Shown one piece after another: positions 61,283 to 64,000 of a stretch of DNA of 64,000 nt. Made by a program: the position numbers and the translations under genes. The notes beneath the pieces are model-generated. The model was not told the origin of the DNA and made no database searches. It saw only the letters and a list, made by a program, of their open reading frames with translations. Origin of the DNA: Eledone cirrhosa. Lineage: Eukaryota. The stretch is from NCBI GenBank assembly GCA_964016885.1, contig OZ024745.1:74028001-74092000 (forward strand), in the 5' to 3' direction. Numbering within the stretch: the stretch's first letter is position 1; each line of letters starts with the position of its first letter.

Positions 61283-64000
61283 TTATACTTCTCTTAGGTC
61301 AGTGTTGTTTGTTTGGGTGTTGTTGTTATTCCATTCATTCTTTCTGTTTAGTCTTGACCTTCTATGTTCTATTTCACTGGCCTCTCTGATTTGCCTATCT
61401 GCTGGGTCATTTCTATGTTTAGATATTATTCTAATTTCTATGTTGTCTATTTTACCGTCGTGTTGTTGTCTGGCATGTTCGTATAGTACTGACGCGTTTT
61501 TTCGTCCTTTTAGTTCCATCCAGTGTTGGTCTATCCTTTCACCTATGCTACGAGCTGTCTCGCCTATGTATGTTGTTGTCATGTTTCTGCAAGTACCCTC
61601 TGTACATCTTATGCTATAGACTACGTTTCTAGTTCTACAGTTTATCCGGGGGTTTACCTTATATATGATACATTTCCTATTAGTACAGTGGGCTTTCTTA
61701 AAAGGGTAGGTTTTGCTGATCAGGGATTTTATGGTGGTTCCTGGCTTTTCTACCACCTTAATCTTTAAGTGGGTCTTTCTCAGGGCCTTTCTACACTGGT
61801 TAGCTAATTTCCCTCCAGGGGTAGCGTCCACAAACATGACACTCTGGTATCTCTGGTTGTCGTACCTTGAGGTGGCTTTCCCTATCTTATGTCTAGCCCT
61901 ATCTAAGCTATTCCATGATTTGCTCCTGTATAATGGGCAAATTCCTTTCATGTCCAGTTCTATGAGGGTCTTATACTTCTCCATGGCTCCTTCGTATACT
62001 CTGACTCTGTCTCTTTGGTTGTAGCCAGAGAACTGCATGCGGTTGATGAAGTGTTGGATGTGTCTTTCCTTTTCTGTTGGGTCGCACATGCGGGGCACAT
62101 TATTCATCACTGGTACCAAATCTGCGATCAGAATATTAAACTTGGCACTACTGGACATTGCTGATTTTTTGAGTATCAGGTATTTGGAGGCCATGGGTTT
62201 AGCATAGTGTGAGTGGAGAATTTGGGCTCTCTCTCGTCTATAGTGTTAATCCAGAGTTCCGTGTCTAATACAGGTAGTCTATTGTTAGGGTGTTTGGAAG
62301 GGAAGTCGATAGTTACAGTTATACACTGGTGTATGGAATTAGCTATCTGCTGGATGCTTTCCATTGTGCTACGTTCTAAATCAAACTTGTTAGTGCTCTC
62401 TAGTGGGGATGTTCTTATAACTATATTGATATCGTCTACGTAACGAGAGTACATTATGAGGTCTATGGAGCTCTCATTAAGGAGATCTTTAAGTCTCCTT
62501 TCCCACCATACCATGAAAAGGTTGGCAACATCACCAGCTATGCTGACGCCAATGGCTGCTCCCTCATTTTGGGTGTAGATCTTCTCGTTGAACGTGAATA
62601 TGTGGCCCTTTCGGGTAGTTTTGATACTAGCCCCTATTGCATGTGCGACCATTTTTCTTACCTGATCATTGTTTTGGGGGGTCCGTATAGCTTTGGTCCA
62701 CCCAATCCACCTTCCCATGGGAGTCTTTTTTGCCATTGAGGTTATGGTGGAGGGTCTACCTCTTATGGGTCTACTAGGGCAGAAACGTCTAAGGTCATCG
62801 CTGTCTAGGTAGTCAGTGTCGTAGGCAAGTCTAAGTAGGAGGCCCAGTTCGTCTGTGTCGACGTCGCAGAACTCCACCTCACTCTCAATGATCATCTCCA
62901 CACATTTTTCCACAGCAAAATCAATTTAATGGATGGGTACAGTGATACCACATCCATGCTGCATATTATGCAGTTGGATAGGTTCCTGTTTTTGTTGCAC
63001 TCACTGATTCTGCTGAGGAGGTCCTCTGTACTGTCACATACATCTGGGGATATCTTGATTATGGGGCGTATAACCATTGAGAGGAAGTAGGAGATCCTGT
63101 AGTTGCTACCTATATTAGCTCCGCATACGGGTCTTGTTGGTGGTCCTGTTGTCGGGTCGTCGACTGTCTTGTGGTCTTTGCAGAGCCCATACAAGGGTGG
63201 TATGCCATTGTTAGACGCCTGGAAGTTGTTGGCAGTGCGTCTGCTTGGCTTTAGGATGTCAGTCCACATCATCATGTGAGCGTTGAGGATTTTCTCTCTC
63301 CCATCATGTGTTTGCTGTGCAATTTCGCTCGTGTTTGTGATGTGGGGTTGCATAGCCTTGATGTAGTTCGGCATGCTATCTATTGACATCCTACCAGACT
63401 TATCCGTGGGTAGACATACTACCTCGCCATCCCTTGTGCGCTGCTTGAGGCTAAACAAGCCTTCTACAGGTTTCCTCCCAAGTTGTTGGGCCTCTGGTCT
63501 GCTCTGTATCTTAGTATACTGGTCTACTATTTGTCTAATCTTATTTCTAGCTATGGTGAACTGTGCCTCTGTCTCGTCATCTATTAGTTGTGCTATGCAA
63601 ACTCTTTTATTAAAGGGTAACCTCGTAGGATAGATATTACCCATCTTATATGTTTTGTCAGCTGGGTTGAAAAATAGTTTCTCTAAGGGGTTGTCATTAT
63701 ATCTATCGTCATAGTTGTGTGTGTTGCTATTATTGTTATCATGGTGGTTGTTGTTGTTCCTATCATTAGCATTATTATTATTGTTATGATTGCTAGATGT
63801 ATTGTTGTTTACTTCACCGTTATTGTTGTTGTTACTCTTATTTCTACTATTGTGGTTGTTACTTTTATTATGTTTCTTGTTTTTGTTGTGTCTATCATTA
63901 ATGTTGCTACATGTATTATTTCCATTATTACCACTGTGGTTATTGTTGTTGTTTATCGTATTGTTACCGTTATTACTACTGTGGTCGCTGCTGCTGTGTC
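61283..64000 (-). mobile_element. Penelope-like element (RT plus GIY-YIG endonuclease), two frameshifts, 5' part probably beyond the window
   Basis: PTDKSG, PPLYG..KDHK, PTRPV, SMDVVSLYPSI, QNEGAAIG, RYVDD, LPVLD; NVVYSIRC...YIGETARSIGERIDQH. Upstream region is Asn-rich low complexity. Confidence 0.92.

Overview
AT-rich eukaryotic intergenic or intronic DNA, saturated with (TA)n, (CA)n, (TAA)n, (TACA)n and (GAA)n microsatellites. The SINE and microsatellite landscape suggests a cephalopod (Octopus-like) genome; this is inference and was not verified. No host protein-coding exon is recognisable. Every convincing coding segment belongs to a retrotransposon or a mariner relic. The core is a ~26 kb block (30.3-56.3 kb) of eight abutting non-LTR element copies. 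It holds restriction-like-endonuclease (R4/Dong-type) elements of two families (B: one intact 1130-aa copy; C: one copy with a single nonsense codon) alternating with an APE-type Tx1/L1 family (D: one copy with an intact 1139-aa ORF2). Nearly all junctions are (TAA)n/(TTA)n tracts, and the two endonuclease classes use the tract in opposite polarity. Other elements are a degraded third RLE family flanked by (TACA)n, Penelope-like elements, RTE fragments, tRNA-derived SINEs and a mariner relic. RNA-level signals read by eye: several minimal hammerhead motifs, a decayed HDV-like motif at an RTE 5' end, a compact multi-pseudoknot leader ahead of the RLE ORFs, and a candidate 52-53 nt intron that would fuse Tx1 ORF1 and ORF2 in frame. 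All structures were derived by hand and need computational or experimental confirmation.
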